DNA of 64,000 nt from the human T2T-CHM13v2.0 reference genome, Homo sapiens, in NCBI RefSeq assembly GCF_009914755.1, contig NC_060926.1; one strand, written 5' to 3'. The position numbers and the translations under genes were made by a program. Below, in pieces: positions 25,561 to 43,544 of this stretch. The stretch's first letter is position 1. The number at the start of each line of letters is the position of its first letter. The notes under the pieces are model-generated. The model saw only the letters and a program-made list of their open reading frames with translations, was not told where the DNA came from and made no database searches.

Positions 25561-28500
25561 CCTATATACACTTAATGTTACTCTCTTTTTGATACCTAAT
25601 TTGACAAAAGTATAATTAATTTTAAATAAAATGTTGAGATGGGAAAATTAAGTAATGTTTTAAGTCACATATCAGAAAGTCTCATCTGCAATGGGAAAAA
25701 TGGCCTAATACTTTCTCTATGAGGATGCAAGTTGCATTGACCAGGGCTCTTCCTTGACACTTACATTTTTGGCAAAGGGATGATTCTATCTTGCAAGCTA
25801 TTTTCTGTAAACAACCTTCATGCCTCACTCAAATGATAAATAAGGAAACCCCAAATCAGATAAGCAATACATGCATACAACACATGTTTCTCCTTCTGTT
25901 TTCTCTGACCTCTGTAACTATGTAAGCCTCTTTGGGTTATTTATGAATGATTTAAAGGCATAGTAAAATTATGCACATATTAATGAGTGCTCATAAGAAT
26001 GCTAATGAAGAAAACTAAGCCTAATATTTTCTATAGATTTCTCCAGAATGTTTTGATCCAAGTTAAACCTTCTGTAGACTATTGAAGTTGAAACACCTTT
26101 TAGTAATGCTTGTAACAATAGCAGCTGGCAGGGAGAAGTAGAGCTGCATATTATTTTGCAGGAAAGTGAAATAAGAGCCTGTATTTATGAAAAGAAGTCC
26201 CAGTGAAAATTGTCATTTAAGGAGATTTATATATTTAGATTTAGATATACAGTTGCTATAAAAAGTTTAAAAAGCCCCAGAGGGATGATACATTCAGAAG
26301 AGGTGAGGGTAGAATCTTAGCAAGTGCAAGGCAATGAGACATCAAACACTTAAAGCTTGGTTTAGTATGTACATACCCATCTAGTTATTTGCTATTGTTC
26401 TACTGTTTTGCATGTGTCTCTCCTGGTTTGTCCTCTAAACTTGAAGATGCTAGAAGGCATGTGTCTTATCTTCTATCGCCATTATGAGTCTCCAAGGGCT
26501 GAGCACTTGGAACCACATGAGGGAAAGTCTGTGTGCCTCCAAACAAAAAAGAAAAGAAAAAATAAAAGCTTCAGAGGCAAATAGATTTGTGTGTGTGGAG
26601 GGGTGGGGGGTGGGGGCGGTGGGTAGAACTTTTGACATAGTGAAAATATTACATTATTTTCTCTGAGTAAATTGAGTCACTGGAAAATAGTTAGCATGTA
26701 TATTTAGATACTTTATTTTCAGATTCCGTTTTTGGCCTTATATGAACTTCCCTATGGATTCTTTATGGTGTTTACATTACCCTCTACATCAGTCAGAGCT
26801 AGAAACCAGACAGGAAGCATCAAGCCCTGTGAAAGAGAGTAAAAGGGGAAAAGTTTGATTCAGTCCTTTTAATGTATCGGTGTGGTCAAAAGAGATTGGA
26901 CCTTTTTATTGACTACTGAATTGCTAATTCTGTGTATTTGTCAACTTTTAAAATGTTGGTTTTTATGTAGTTGATTAGGCCATGTCTATATGAAACTGAA
27001 ACAAATGGCAAGTTCAATAAAGTCCAGGGAAAATAATTTATGAAAATAGAACATTTACTGGTTTGAATGTAAGACCTATCTGGATCTGTCTAGATTCTGG
27101 CTCCTCACCCTTGGGATTACAGGGATTAATATTTAAGTCTCCCATGTCTAAGAGATCAAACCAGAAAGGTAATTGAATAGAACACTGAATAATTCTGGCG
27201 AGAAAAATTAGTCAAGTTAGCTGCATAACGCTAAATAGAGATAGCGAAGTACTAAGAGAAAGAAAACTGAATAGAAATAGTTTTGTAATGTAAAAGTGAA
27301 ATATGAACATTCTGAATTCAATATGCGATCCTCTTTGCATGAATTATTATCAGTCATTTGTAATGCACATTATTCAGAACATCGGAAAAATCTTTCCTGA
27401 CTTATTTCTTAATTAAAAGAAATGAGCATTTTTAGTTTTTATATAATTTATATCATTTACGTGTCACAAAATTCCCATAATTCTGTTGGCCTTAATCATC
27501 AAATAAGTATTGCTGTGCTTAAATACAATCACTTTGCATCCCTCCTCTCCAGCAGATGTTATAAAAGAAACTATCACAGCTGGGGGAAATTGATATGCAA
27601 AAGTATAAAACTTAGCAGTGAAAAGATTAATTTTTAATGCCCTTGATTCTTGAAAACTTTAAACTTTTTTCACAGTAAGGACAGTGGTTTCATTGTCTGG
27701 TGGGCAGTGGACAGGTGATAACGTTCTGCTCTATTTTACTTTGTGATGAACCAAAGAGCACCGGTTGTTTCTCTAATGACTTTGTAAGAGATGCTTCAAT
27801 GCTGAAACATTAGCTGCATCTTTTGGACTACTATGATGGGAAAGTGAGAAGTAGTTTTAATAACTTGCTAAAATTATCACCATTAGAGTGAATGAAGCAC
27901 TAAAATATCCATACCAGATGTTTCAAATGGTTAGATTTGGGGGAAAACATACAATTAATTTACATTTTAGTACTAAGTACAAATTTTAATTTACTCTGAT
28001 TAACTACTTTATAGCCCATCTAGAAGACTATTTGAAGGAGTTATGGAAAAGCTATAAAAGAAGTTGTAATTGAGAGATGACACTTTATTGGCATAGAAGC
28101 AGAAGAGTTTTATGCCCAATGCCCATATTGCTTAGAAGGTTCAAGTTTCACTTTCCCAGAACCTATTATTGAATTACAGACTTGGAATCAATATGGGAAG
28201 CAGATTAACTCACTTAATTACAACAATTTTCACCAAGGTTTAATCTCTTCACAGACCAGGTAAATGTTCTAATCCATGACCTTATACTTTGTCCTTACTA
28301 TACTTGCTGAGCAAAAGGATAAACAGATTTCTTGTTACAAATTATTATAAAAGAGACGGGACAAGTGGAAATGGGTGGTTGAGCTCCTCAGCTTTCCCGT
28401 GGATGAAAACAAACAAACAAAAAACACTGGGAAGTATGAATGCTGTTGAAATAGCATGTTCAAAAATCTTAATATAACACCTGGCATGTAATGATAGGTA

Positions 28501-28804
28501 GCCATTATTATTAATCACGATGCTAGTAAGGATGCTGAAAGAAGAGCACTGGAAACTCCATGATGTTGCAAATTTTCTTCAAGCCCAAACCGTTGTAAGC
28601 TAGTGGGCCTCTGGCCAGCTCTCAGCTACAGAATACATTATTTGGACTAGTCAGTGTTTGCTACCAGCTGTCAATTTTTAAAATTAGTTGTCAAGATTTT
28701 AAAATTAGAATTTTCTGCATTAAAATTTGGATTCCCAATATTCCTTTAAAAATCAGAATGTCTGGCACTCTTCAGCTGAATCTGAGAATGTCTATAGTCT
28801 TTAG

Positions 28805-29188
<384 letters not shown>

Positions 29189-29224
29189 AGCTCTTCCCAT
29201 TTCTAAGACAAACATCAAAAGCCA

Positions 29225-29745
29225 GGCTCATCCCTTAATATTTGTGATTTGGAGAGGGAATTCAAATACACATCCACATTTCATATGTTTAAATTGTTAA
29301 GTTATAAAACAAGCCAACAAACTGTTATATAAAATACGTTTTATCCTTCTGCCTTGACAAATACACCTTCATAACTACCCAGAAAGCTAAATTCAAATTT
29401 GTGATCCTCAAAGTTCTGGGGTGGCACGTGGTGCCATAGGAAGAGCCCGTCTTCACACTGTGGTTTGCACTTCTGCTTGTTTGTTCCTACTCTGTCCCAG
29501 AAACCCCAATCTACTTGTATAAGTTCTGTCCACTGCCATCAAGGACCCCATGCCTACTCCTCAGGTCTAGGGGTCATCACATGGGAAGAGGGTGCAGTCC
29601 CCAGCCTCAAGAGGATAAATCTAGAAAAGAGGCTCACACAAGTCATCGAAGCAATTCAAACCCATTTTGGGGAGAACTTTGGGGTCCAGGGCTTGTGAAA
29701 TGGGGTTTAGGTGCAGGCTCCCAGTGGCATGTCCCCTAGACTCTG
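29225..29745. mobile_element. Probable ancient hAT-type DNA transposon fragment (MamRep38/MamTip-like)
   Basis: The block AAGTTATAAAACAAGCCAACAAACTGTTATATAAAATACGTTTTATCCTTCTGCCTTGACAAATACACCTTCATAAC resembles a remembered mammalian hAT consensus; name uncertain. Confidence 0.35.
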
Positions 29746-30249
29746 CACCTTCTTCACTGTGGGGAAAGGTGTCGCTGGACGAGGGTCAGAAAATGTTCTT
29801 CTGTGCTGAGGGCAAAAGCCAAAAGGCAGTACTGCGGGTGACCATTTATAATGAAACTTGTTCTGTTGTTTTCTTACGGTTGCTTCAAGATGAAAATATT
29901 ATTCTTGGAATTCAAGTCTCTATCAAAAATGATAATGTGAAAAATAATGTGGTGGGTTTTAAGAAAGTGGAAAGGGCTTAGTTCTTAGATGGAAATTATT
30001 TTACCCATTTATGTCACAGGCCTACAATCTGCAGGTGTTGGAGTTTAAGGCCTTTGGTTAGTCATCTTCCTCCTGTTCATATTGCAGTGCTGTGTTTATG
30101 TTACATGGTAGCTGCTCATAATATTAACTGCTTGCCTTAATGCCAGAATATGAGATTTGTGGAAAGCTCATTAAATTATTTCAATTGAAATAGAAAAGAA
30201 ATTAGGAAAGTTTCATCTAAAAAGCCTTTTAAGAAAGCGCCCTTAAAAT

Positions 30250-31850
<1,601 letters not shown>

Positions 31851-33159
31851 TCTTAAAAGTAGAAGGGTGAGTATAGGAACTCCTGAAAGTGGGTGAGGAG
31901 GGGATAAAGGAAATGAAACTGCATTTTCCTCTTAGATGTGCCACGTTAGTCATAATAAATTTATTAGAGAAACAACTGTAGAATTTGTTTAAAAGAAGGC
32001 TACCTAATCCCTTTGGCCAAGACTTTACAATCTTATGCTTTTCACTTTCAGCAAATTGTTTTCATTCATTACTAAAATTCATGCTACTGAAGTGTATGTA
32101 CAATGTATTTGTACATATGTTTGACCATACCATTTATAATTCCTCTATGTAAACACTGCTTTCAAATTGCTCCTCAATTTTCTGATGTTTGGTTACTATA
32201 GTTTTTCCAGAAATTTACTTTATGTGCCATTAATCAGCTGTTTCCCTGGATTCTTTTCTACTCATTCCTATTCACATTTAAGTCATTAGACCTGGAGGAA
32301 ACAGATTGAATGGTTTCAGCTTTTACTTGTCAAAGTCCACTCCCTTTGGTCTCCCTTTTCTCTATTTTTTTTCTAGCTTTACCAGTGGCACTTTCTATCC
32401 CCAGCGTCCCAATATGGAGACCACATAGTCAACTGAACTTGACTAAGAAGTATGGGAATGCTAGATGTCTCACAAGAAGTGTTTCTTTATTTTCTTGTTA
32501 GCTCTCTTTTAGTTTAAACCTCTGGATCATAACACAGACACATCAGGTGGCAGTCAAGATTTTAAAAGAGCAAATTATGCTTTCTAGGTCTATATTTTCA
32601 TTTGCCTGAATCAGTGAGCTTCTCAATTATGCTGTTAGAGCACAGTTACAAGGGCCTAGGCATGGAATCCAATAGTCGTCCCTTAAAATTCTTAGTCATT
32701 TATTTGTTTGAATCCTCAGCAAGATTAAACTCTCATAATCCCAATATCCTTATCACAAATGATGAAAATAGTTTCTATCTTATGTAAGAAAATAATACAC
32801 AAAAGCCACATACCACAATCTGTGGCATATACTAATCCTTGATCAATGATAGCCATTATCGTAATGTTTATAAATCATTTTAAATGGATTTATATCCCAT
32901 TTCTATTCACTTCTTCTCTTAGCTTTTTGTAAATCTGTCCAAGTGTAAGTTTCTCTAGGACTGGGTATTCTTGTACTTAAACTTCAGAAAGAAAGAAACT
33001 CTTTTCAGACAGGCCAGTGACCTCGATGTGCTTGATTGATGTAATTTACTTTCCATGTATATTGCTAACAGTAGTCTATTGGAGTCTTTGTTCATATGTA
33101 CTTAGATATACATTCAATTTGGGGAGTCTTTTGACTTTTCAATTTTAAGGTACTTAACA

Positions 33160-36100
33160 CCCTTTGAAAATTGATATATAATGTTTGTATTTATTTATGG
33201 GTTACATATAACACATTTTGTTACATGCATAGAATGTGTAATAATCAAGGCGGTATTTAGGGTATCCATTGCCTCAAGTATTTATCATTTCTATGTGTTC
33301 GGAAACTTTCAAATTCTCTCTTCTAGCTTTTTTTGAACTATACAATATGTTGTTAACTATAGTCATTCTACTCTCTTATTAAACATTGGAACTTATTTAT
33401 TCTCTTAAACTGCTTTCTGTATCCACTAACCAACCTCTCTTTATCCCTCACATCTCCAGACCCTTCTCAGCCTCTGGTAATGACCAATCAACTCTACTTC
33501 CATGAGATACGCTATTTTAGATCCCACATATGAGTAAGAACATTCAGTATTTGTGTTTTTGTGCTTGGCTTATTTCACTTCACATAAGGACCTCCAGTTC
33601 CATAGATGTTGCTTCAAATGACTTTATTTATGGCTGAATAACATATATGTATTGTGTATATTTACATTTTCCTTATTGATAATCTGTTAATAAACATCTA
33701 GGTTGATTCCATATCTTTGCTATTGTGAATAATGCTGCAATAAACATGGGGGTGCCAAGATCATTTTTGTATACTGATTTCTTTCCTTTGGATAAATACC
33801 CAGTAGTGAGAGTGCTGGGTTATATTGTGTTTATATTTTTAGTTTTTTGAGAAATCTCCATATCGTTTTCCATAGTTGCTTTTAAATTACATTTCCACCA
33901 ACTGTCTAGAAGAGATCCCTTTTCTTTGTGTTTTTACAAGCATCTATTGTTTTTTCTCTTTTTAATAATAGCCATTCTAATTGGAGGAGGATGATACTGT
34001 ACTTTTGCATTTTCTCAATGATTCTTAATGTTGAGTATTTTTTCATATACCTGGTAAGCCATTTATATGACTTCTTTTAATACATGTGTCCTCATGTCCT
34101 TTGCATGCTTTTTAATGTGACTATTTTCATTTTTGTTTTTTCTCTTGAGTTGTTTGAGTTCCTTGTATATACTGGATATTATTATAGCATCCTGTTGAAT
34201 AAATAGTTTGCAAATATTTTTTACCATTCTGCAGGTTGTCTCTTCACTCTGTTGATTGTTATCTGTGTAGAAGCTTTTTAGTATAATAATATGGTTCCGT
34301 TTGTTTATTTTTTTTCTTTTTGCTTGTGCTTTTGAGGTGTTACTCATAAAATCTTTGCCTGGACCAATGTCCTGAAGTGTTTTCCCTATCTTTTCTCATA
34401 GTGGTTTCATAGTTTTTGGTTTTATGTCTAAGTCTTTAATCCATCTCTGATTGATTTTTATATATGGTGAGAGATAGGGGTCTAGATTAATTTTTTCTGC
34501 ATATGGATGTCCAGTTTTCCCAGTAATATTTAATGAAAAGGGTGTCCTTTCCCCAGTGTATGTTACTGGTATTTTTATGGAAAATCAGTTGTCTATAAAT
34601 ACATCTCAGCTCACTGCCACCTCCATCTCCTGGGTTCAAGGGATTCCCTTGCCTCAGCCACCACGCCAGGCTAATTTTTGTATTTTTAGTAGAGACGGGG
34701 TTTTACCATGTTGGCCAGGCTGATTTCGAACTGCTGACCTCAGGTGATCCACCCACTTCGACCTCCCAAAGTGCTGGGATTACAGGCATGATCCACTGTG
34801 CCCAGCCATGATTATTACTTTTATTCCACTGTGGTATAGGAAGATACCAGATATGATCTTGATTTTTTAAAAATTTGTTGATATTTGTTTAGTGTTCTAA
34901 CATATGGTCTATCCTGGAGAACATTCCATGTGCTGATGAGAAGAATGTGCATTCTATAGGTGTTGGATGAAATGTTCTGTATGTCTGTTAGGTCTATTTG
35001 TTTCTAAAGTTCAGTTTATATGCAATGTTTCTTTGTTAGTTTTCTGTCCAGAAGATCTCTCTAATACTGAGAGTGGGTGTTGACATATCCAGCTATTATT
35101 GTATTGCAGTCTGTCTCTTCCTGTAGATCTAATATTTGCTTTATAAATCTTGGTCCTCTGGTGTTGAGTGTATACATGTTTACAATTATTATATCTTCTT
35201 GCTGAATTTATCCTTTGCCATTGTATATGACTATTTTTCTTTCTTCTTACTGGTTTTAATTTAAAATCTGTGTTACCTTATGTGAAGATAGCTACTCATT
35301 TTTGCTTTCTGTTTGCATATAATATCTTTTTCCATTCCTTTACTTGAAGTGTATATGTATCTTTACAGGTAACATGAATTTCTTATAGGCAGCATATAAT
35401 TGAGTCATGTTCTTTTATCCATTCAGCCAGCTTATGTCTTTTAAGTGTAAATTTTAATTTATTTATACTCATGATTATTATTTATATTTGATTATTATTT
35501 ATATTATTTATGTATTTATTCCTTTCATTTTATTAACTGATTTCTGGTAGTTTTGTTTCGTCTTTGTTCCTTTCCCTCTTATTTTTTATCATTGCAGTTT
35601 GGTGGGTTTTTATAGTGATAACATTTGAGTTCTTTATCTTTCTCATTTGTGTATTCGCTACACAATACACAAATTGTACATGCCATTTTTTCACTTCTAG
35701 GTGTAGGACTCTCTTAAGCATTTCTGGTACAGCCGATCTAATTGTGATGAATTTCCTCAGTTTTGCTTGTCTAGGAAAGACTTTTTTAATCCTTCATTTA
35801 TGAAGGGTAACTTTGCTGGGCATAGAATTCTTGACTGATAGTTTTTTTTTTCTTTCAGCATTTTGAATATATTGTCCCATTCTTTCTTGCCCTGTAAGGT
35901 TTCTATTGAGGAATATGCTATTAGTCTAATGGAGATTCCCTTATAAGTAGCTATATGCTGTTCTCTTGCTTTTTGTAGAATTCTCTTTTTCTTTTTTGTT
36001 TGACGTTTGAGACTGTGACTATAATGAGCCATGGTGAAGATCTTTTTAATTATATCTATTTGGCATCTGTAAGCTTCCTCTATCTGGATGTCTAAATCTT

Positions 36101-38215
36101 TTCTTAGACTTGGGAAGTTTTCATCTATTACTTTGTTAAATAGGTTTTCTATCCCTTTTGTTTACTTTTCATTTGCTAAAACACCAAAAATTCACTCTGT
36201 GGTGTCCCATATATCATGTAGGCTTTAGTCATTCATTTTTCTTTATTTTCATCTAACTGGGTTATTTTGGAAGACCTATCTTAACATTCTGAAATTCTTT
36301 TGTCTGATTGATTGAGTCTGTTGTTGAAGATTTCAGATGTATTTTTCATTTCATTAACTGAATTCTTCAGTTTGAAAATTTCTGTGTGTTTTTTTGTTGT
36401 TGTTGTTATCCACCTCTGGTAAATTTCTCATTCAATTGTTTTTCTGATTTTCTTCTATTGTTTATCTCATTTGTCTTATAGCTCACTGAGTTTCTTTAAT
36501 GTCATTATTTTGGATTCTTTTTCAAAAATTTCATATTTTTCATTGGAATCTCTTGTGGAAGAATTATTGCATTTCTTGGAGGTGTCATGTTCTCTTGCTT
36601 TTTCATGTTTCTTGTGTCCTTACATTGATATCTGTGCCTGTAGTGTAACAGTCACTTCTTCTAATTTTTTGAATTCTCTTTAATAGGGGAGGACATTTTC
36701 CTAAAGTTGTATCTATGGTGTCAATTGTGTTGGGCACTTTGACTTTGATCCTGGGTGCATAGTATAGTTTTCATATGATTTATTTCACTGTAAACAGAAT
36801 CAGTAGTGTCTGTGATTTGCTCAGTGGCTTATGTTGGTTGTTAGTGGAGTCTGTGGTGAAAATTTGCTGGTGACAGGGATGTCAAGTAGGCCAACCCTTG
36901 GACCCTAATGGTGGCAGTGGTGCCTGTCCTTTGCCCCAGGGAAGCATATGCATATGCTGGCACTGATGTTGGAAAGTCCAGACAGGCTTATATTTGGGCG
37001 TCCACATAACTTGCTCAAATGCTAGGAATGGCAGCAGTGGGCCTGGTAGGTGGACAGGTTTTTGGGCTTCTGGGACATGGGCATGGTACAGGCAATGGCA
37101 GTGCAGTGGCAGAACAACCCTATCTCCCAAGTGGTCTACACTAGTGTTAGTGGTGGCTGCAATGGGCTAGCAAGGCCAGTCTCCAGGCCCACAGGTGGTG
37201 TGTGCAGGTGGGTGCCTGCTCTGGTGGTAGTGGAATGTGAAGTAGGCCTGTTGTTAAGCCACCAGGAGGAGTGCTCAGGTGTCATTGGTGGTGGGTTGTG
37301 CCAGGTAATTCCCAGGCTCCCAGATAGCATGCTTGGGTCCTGTGGAGCTGGGCTTGGTGGGCCTGTCCTCTGGCTTCCCAGTGGTGCATGCAGGTGCTGG
37401 CTGTGGCAGACAGGGATGGAGTGATCTTCAGGTCCTTGTCAGAATGCTCAGGTTGGAGCAGCAGTTGCTGGGGAAAGTGGGGTTCCTTTCGCTGGGAGCA
37501 GCCTTAGGCAGGTGGCTGGGGACCATATGCTTTGGCCCCAGTTAGTGGCTGCAAGCAGGTAGCCTTTCCTTAGTATGCTTGTAAAAGTACAGAAGCTAAG
37601 ATTCTCTGGGGATAGTGGGGGTTGCTGCCAATGGTTCATGTTTTTGCCCTGGCAGCAGCATCTAGAAATGGTGCCTGGCTGCTGGCAGGGAATATCAGTA
37701 GGACTTCAGAGATATAAAGATGCAGGGGCTATTGAGATCCTGGCAGTATGTAGTAGTCTGATGAGGGTTAAGGCCTCAAACTGGTGCTATGCTGTAGCTG
37801 TAGCTGCTTGGGACTCAGAGTTTTGTGGGACTCAGCATGAGCTCTCTCTGTAACAATGCTGGTGCACAATCTCCAGGCAGAGCTTTATGTTAGTATCAGG
37901 GTCCATGAAGGTCAGGGGGTCTCCCATGGCTAGGATTGCAGGAGTTCACAGTGGGAATGTGGACTTCTTGGGTCTTTCATTTACCCTTTTCCTGCAATGG
38001 GAAGCTATCTAGGCACCCAACGAAGTTTGGCTGAGCAGGCTTGCCTCACTTACCTCTCATTCCTTGCCTTAGGTGTTTTCTGTCATTTCTCTCTTGAATC
38101 CCTATCTTCTCTCTAGGCGATCTATTCAAAGTGTGATTATCTACTCACTGTTTTGACTCTTCTTTGTAGAGAGGTGAATACTAGATGCCTCTAGGCAGCC
38201 GTCTTGAAGTCCTGC
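33160..38215 (-). mobile_element. Ancient near-full-length L1MA (3' UTR, ORF2 ends, ORF1, GC-rich 5' UTR) with a large internal deletion
   Basis: 3' UTR and ORF2 C-terminus at 33160-34600; ORF2 endonuclease region at about 34810-35450; ORF1 remnant (ORF 35757-36032: ILQKAREQHIATYKGISIRLIA...WDNIFKMLKEKKNYQSRILCPAKLPF); GC-rich 5' UTR at about 36800-38215, whose reverse complement starts near CAAGACGGCTGCCTAGAGGCATCTAG. Confidence 0.85.
34603..34807 (-). mobile_element. AluS fragment lacking its 3' end and tail, located at the L1 deletion junction
   Basis: Starts at ATCTCAGCTCACTGC with no poly-T and no TSD. Internal deletion of about 31 bp at a GCC microhomology (34657-34659). Confidence 0.88.
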
Positions 38216-38845
38216 TTATAGAAAATCTCCTTTATCATTTGGGATAAGAACATGGTATTAGACTACTATTATTGATTATAGAAATAATATATTCAGTATA
38301 TGTTTTCATCAGAATTTTCAATCATGGCTATTATTTCAATATTTACAAAACATTTGTGGTCGAGTTATAAAGTTTTGAAAAACTCATTTTGATTTATAGT
38401 ACATTATGATAATTTGAAATGCCAACATAAGACATCTATCAAAGTACCCATATAGGCCTCACCAAATTCTGTAGTTTAATAAAAAAGTAACTGTAAGTAT
38501 TAGATTATTTTATTAAATTTGCATGTAGAATGTTCCATATTTTTGGCAATTACATTGAAGTTCTATCTTTATTGAGAAAAGATGAGATTTTTCACTTTTG
38601 ATTAAGCTAAATTGCATGTTTCAAGAACCGTCCAATTAATTATAACTCAAATAAAGATTTTTCATTAGTGTTTGGAAGAGGCTAAATTTAAGTGCATTAA
38701 TAAATTAACAGGATTAAAATTTTACCCATGCAATGGGCTACTGGAATTCTCTAGACTTTTTAAAAAAGACAACCTTGTAAATCTTTGAAATCAAATCAGA
38801 ATTTTATAATAATTTTTCCCAGAAGCACGAAGTGCTATGTACTTC

Positions 38846-39198
38846 TGCTATGTTTGTGTCTCCTCCAAAATCTTGTTGAAACCTAATCCTCAGTGCAACA
38901 ATATTAAGAGACAAGGCCTCTTACACGGTCATTAGGTCTTTATAAAAGGTGTTGGGGTGGGGATGAGTTCACCCTTTTGTCTTTTCTGCCATGTGAGGAT
39001 ACAGCATTTGTCCCCTCTGGAGAAAATAACTTTTAAGCTGCCATCTTGGAAGCAGAGAACGACCTTTATCAGACACCAGACCTACCAGTACCTTGATCTT
39101 GGACTTCCCAGCCTCCAGAAAAGTGAGAAATAAGTTTCTTTTTTTTGAATTGCCCAGTCTCAGGTATTTCGTTATAATAGTACAAACATACTAAGACT
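38846..39198 (+). mobile_element. MaLR solo LTR (MSTD/MLT1A-like)
   Basis: TGCTATGTTTGTGTCTCCTCCAAAAT...GCCATCTTGGAAGCAGAGA...CTTGATCTTGGACTTCCCAGCCTCCAGAA...CTAAGAC. Confidence 0.85.
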
Positions 39199-39477
39199 TA
39201 TGCATACAACTCTTAGTTAAGACATATACATGCAAATCTTAGTTACATGTCAAAACACTGAAACTTTCTTTATAACATGACTTTTGCAGCTCATACAGAA
39301 ATATCGGGTTTTGATGTTTTAGTTTTATATCTATGACAGTTGTAAAATTCTGTCTGGGCATTAGATAAGGTTATTAGTTAGACACTTTCCAGATTGAATT
39401 ATTATGGATAACATCTCCTCTAAGATTACTTTTAGAAAGTTGTCATCTGATGTTAAATAAAAAGTAACCCTGGAAAT

Positions 39478-39696
39478 CAGGGTGAGCCAGCTGCTTCTAC
39501 AAAGTACCAAATAGAAAAAGTTTAGGCTTTGCAGACCCCATGATCTTTGTAAGGATTACTTAGCTCTGTTGTGATATTGCAAAAGCAGCCATGAGCAATA
39601 AAGAAATGAATAAACATGAATGTGTTCTAATAAACCTTTATTTATAAAAACAGACATTAGACTGAATTTTACCTTTGGGATATAGTTTGCCAACCC
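39478..39696. mobile_element. MER58A-like hAT MITE
   Basis: TTTAGGCTTTGCAG, AAAGCAGCCAT, TAATAAACCTTTATTTATAAAAACAG, TAGTTTGCCAACCC. Confidence 0.75.
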
Positions 39697-39811
39697 ACAT
39701 CCCACTCCCCAGTAAGATATTAAACATTGGAGAATACAAAAATATAATAGCAGACCCTAGTAGCATTTTCATATATCCAGGGAGTCTCAGGAACGATGCT
39801 TATAATTTTAA

Positions 39812-40168
<357 letters not shown>

Positions 40169-41980
40169 AAGGGTTTAGCCATAGATTAATTTCAAATGCA
40201 TGAAAACTGTTGACTAATCATTAGTAGAGGCCAACTTTTCAAATGTATTTTGCATGTTCACCAAGAAACTAATTTGTATTCTAAGAATAAATCTAATTGC
40301 ATAAATTCTCATGTTCAAATAATTTCTGGAAACACAGGATTAAACAAAATTAAATTTGTTTATTTACTGTAGAACTTAATAAAACTTCTAATATACTTAT
40401 GTGCCCTGTGGGTCTCCAATGGGTGGCGCAGGATGAATGTGGTATAGCATATTTTGTTTCCTAAACTTATTTAATCATTGAAGCCCCTACTGAGTAATCA
40501 CAGAAAGTACAGTACATGAAACATAGTTTGAAAAATACTTGCATAGGTATTCCTGGGCTTGGGTATGCCTGACAGCATTCTTAAATATGACTGGCCATCT
40601 GGCAGTAGCTTTCCCAGCTTGAAAGGCTCAATAGCCACCTAAAGAAAACTGTTTTTTTTTTTTCCCTTGGAGCCACCATTTAGGGTTTATTGTTAGTATT
40701 GCTTTTCCTTTTTTAGTGTGTACTCATCAGAACCACCGTTTCTACCCTGATTGTGTTCCAGCTTCTCACCTTGTGCCAGAGCAACGAAAAGGACAGACAC
40801 GGGTGAGAGGAAAGGCAGGAAGTGGGTGGGAGATCCAGATGCCCAATACAGCATAGGATCTCTGAAATGCAGATGAATTGCTCTTCAACCCCTGGGACAT
40901 AAAAACATTTCAAGGTACTCTGACTGTTAGGAAAAAGCTTAATAAGAGGGAAAGAGTGAGACATTACTAAGTGATAGAAGTCATGACCAAAAGTCGTGAG
41001 GGTATGTTCTGTCTCACTTTGGACTGAGATGTGTTCTCAATAGGATGCCTTGGGACCTACAGCTCATCATTCCTTGGTTCTCTGCTTCCCCTGACTGCCA
41101 TTTATTCTGGTGTTTTGGTGGCTCTCCCACTTGAGGGAATTATAGTATTAAGAGTTCAAACTAATGACCAGAATGTTCTACGTGCATTATCTGTTTTAAT
41201 TCTTGTTTACCCTGTGAGGAAGGTACTACTATCATGCCTTTTTTGTAAATGAAGAAAGTAATTTCTCAGGGAGGTTTAAGTAATTACTGAAAGTTACATA
41301 ACTAATAAGTCATGGGTCTAGGACTAAAACCCAAGGGAGCTTGTCTCTAGAGTCTTAGGTAATACCTCTTCATAACCATCCAGTGCTTGAAGGAGCAGAA
41401 GCTACTAATTCCACATGCAATGTTTGTTAATTGAAGATGCTGGGCTCTGCCAGGAGCAATGGTTTCAGAAGTTAAAATGGCCTAACTCTTACCCTGAAGG
41501 CACTTACACAGCACCTACTTCATTGAACTCTATTATTGTCTATTTATTTTATTTTATTTTATTTCTTTGTAGATGGATTTTTAAAAGCACTGGGGTGGGG
41601 ACAATTAATTTTAGTCAATGAAGTTAGGGAAGGTTTTATAAAAGTAACAGTGGAGCTGAGCCTGTAGGATGATTCTAACAAGTAGAAAATGGGAGGGAGG
41701 CTTTCTGGGCAGGAGAAAGTACAAAGACCCAGAAGCCCCCGCTGGTGGCAGGAAGCAGTGTGTTGTCAGGTATGACTGGTTATAACCTTACGAATCATTT
41801 CGGAGACAGAATTTACAGTCCGTGTTCATGGATAGAAACTTGAGGGAGCGAGACCTAAAGAAGAATCAGTTTTCAAGCTTGGATGGCTGGTAGGATGCTA
41901 ACATCATTAGTGGACAGAGAACACCTTGAGGGCTGGACATTATGCGATTCGTTCCAGACATGCTTGGTTTGAGGTTTCTT

Positions 41981-43544
<1,564 letters not shown>

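Noticed and set aside
28241-28266. Possible microexon (TCTCTTCACAG|ACCAG|GTAAAT), examined while looking for a 6-nt Ala-Gln microexon like the one I recall in THSD7A
   Set aside because: It is 5 nt, frameshifting and does not encode AQ. No AG-GCNCAG-GT candidate was found by eye in the window.
36882-37853. Cluster of overlapping 60-124 aa ORFs
   Set aside because: These are a by-product of the GC-rich ancient L1 5' UTR, which has fewer stop codons.
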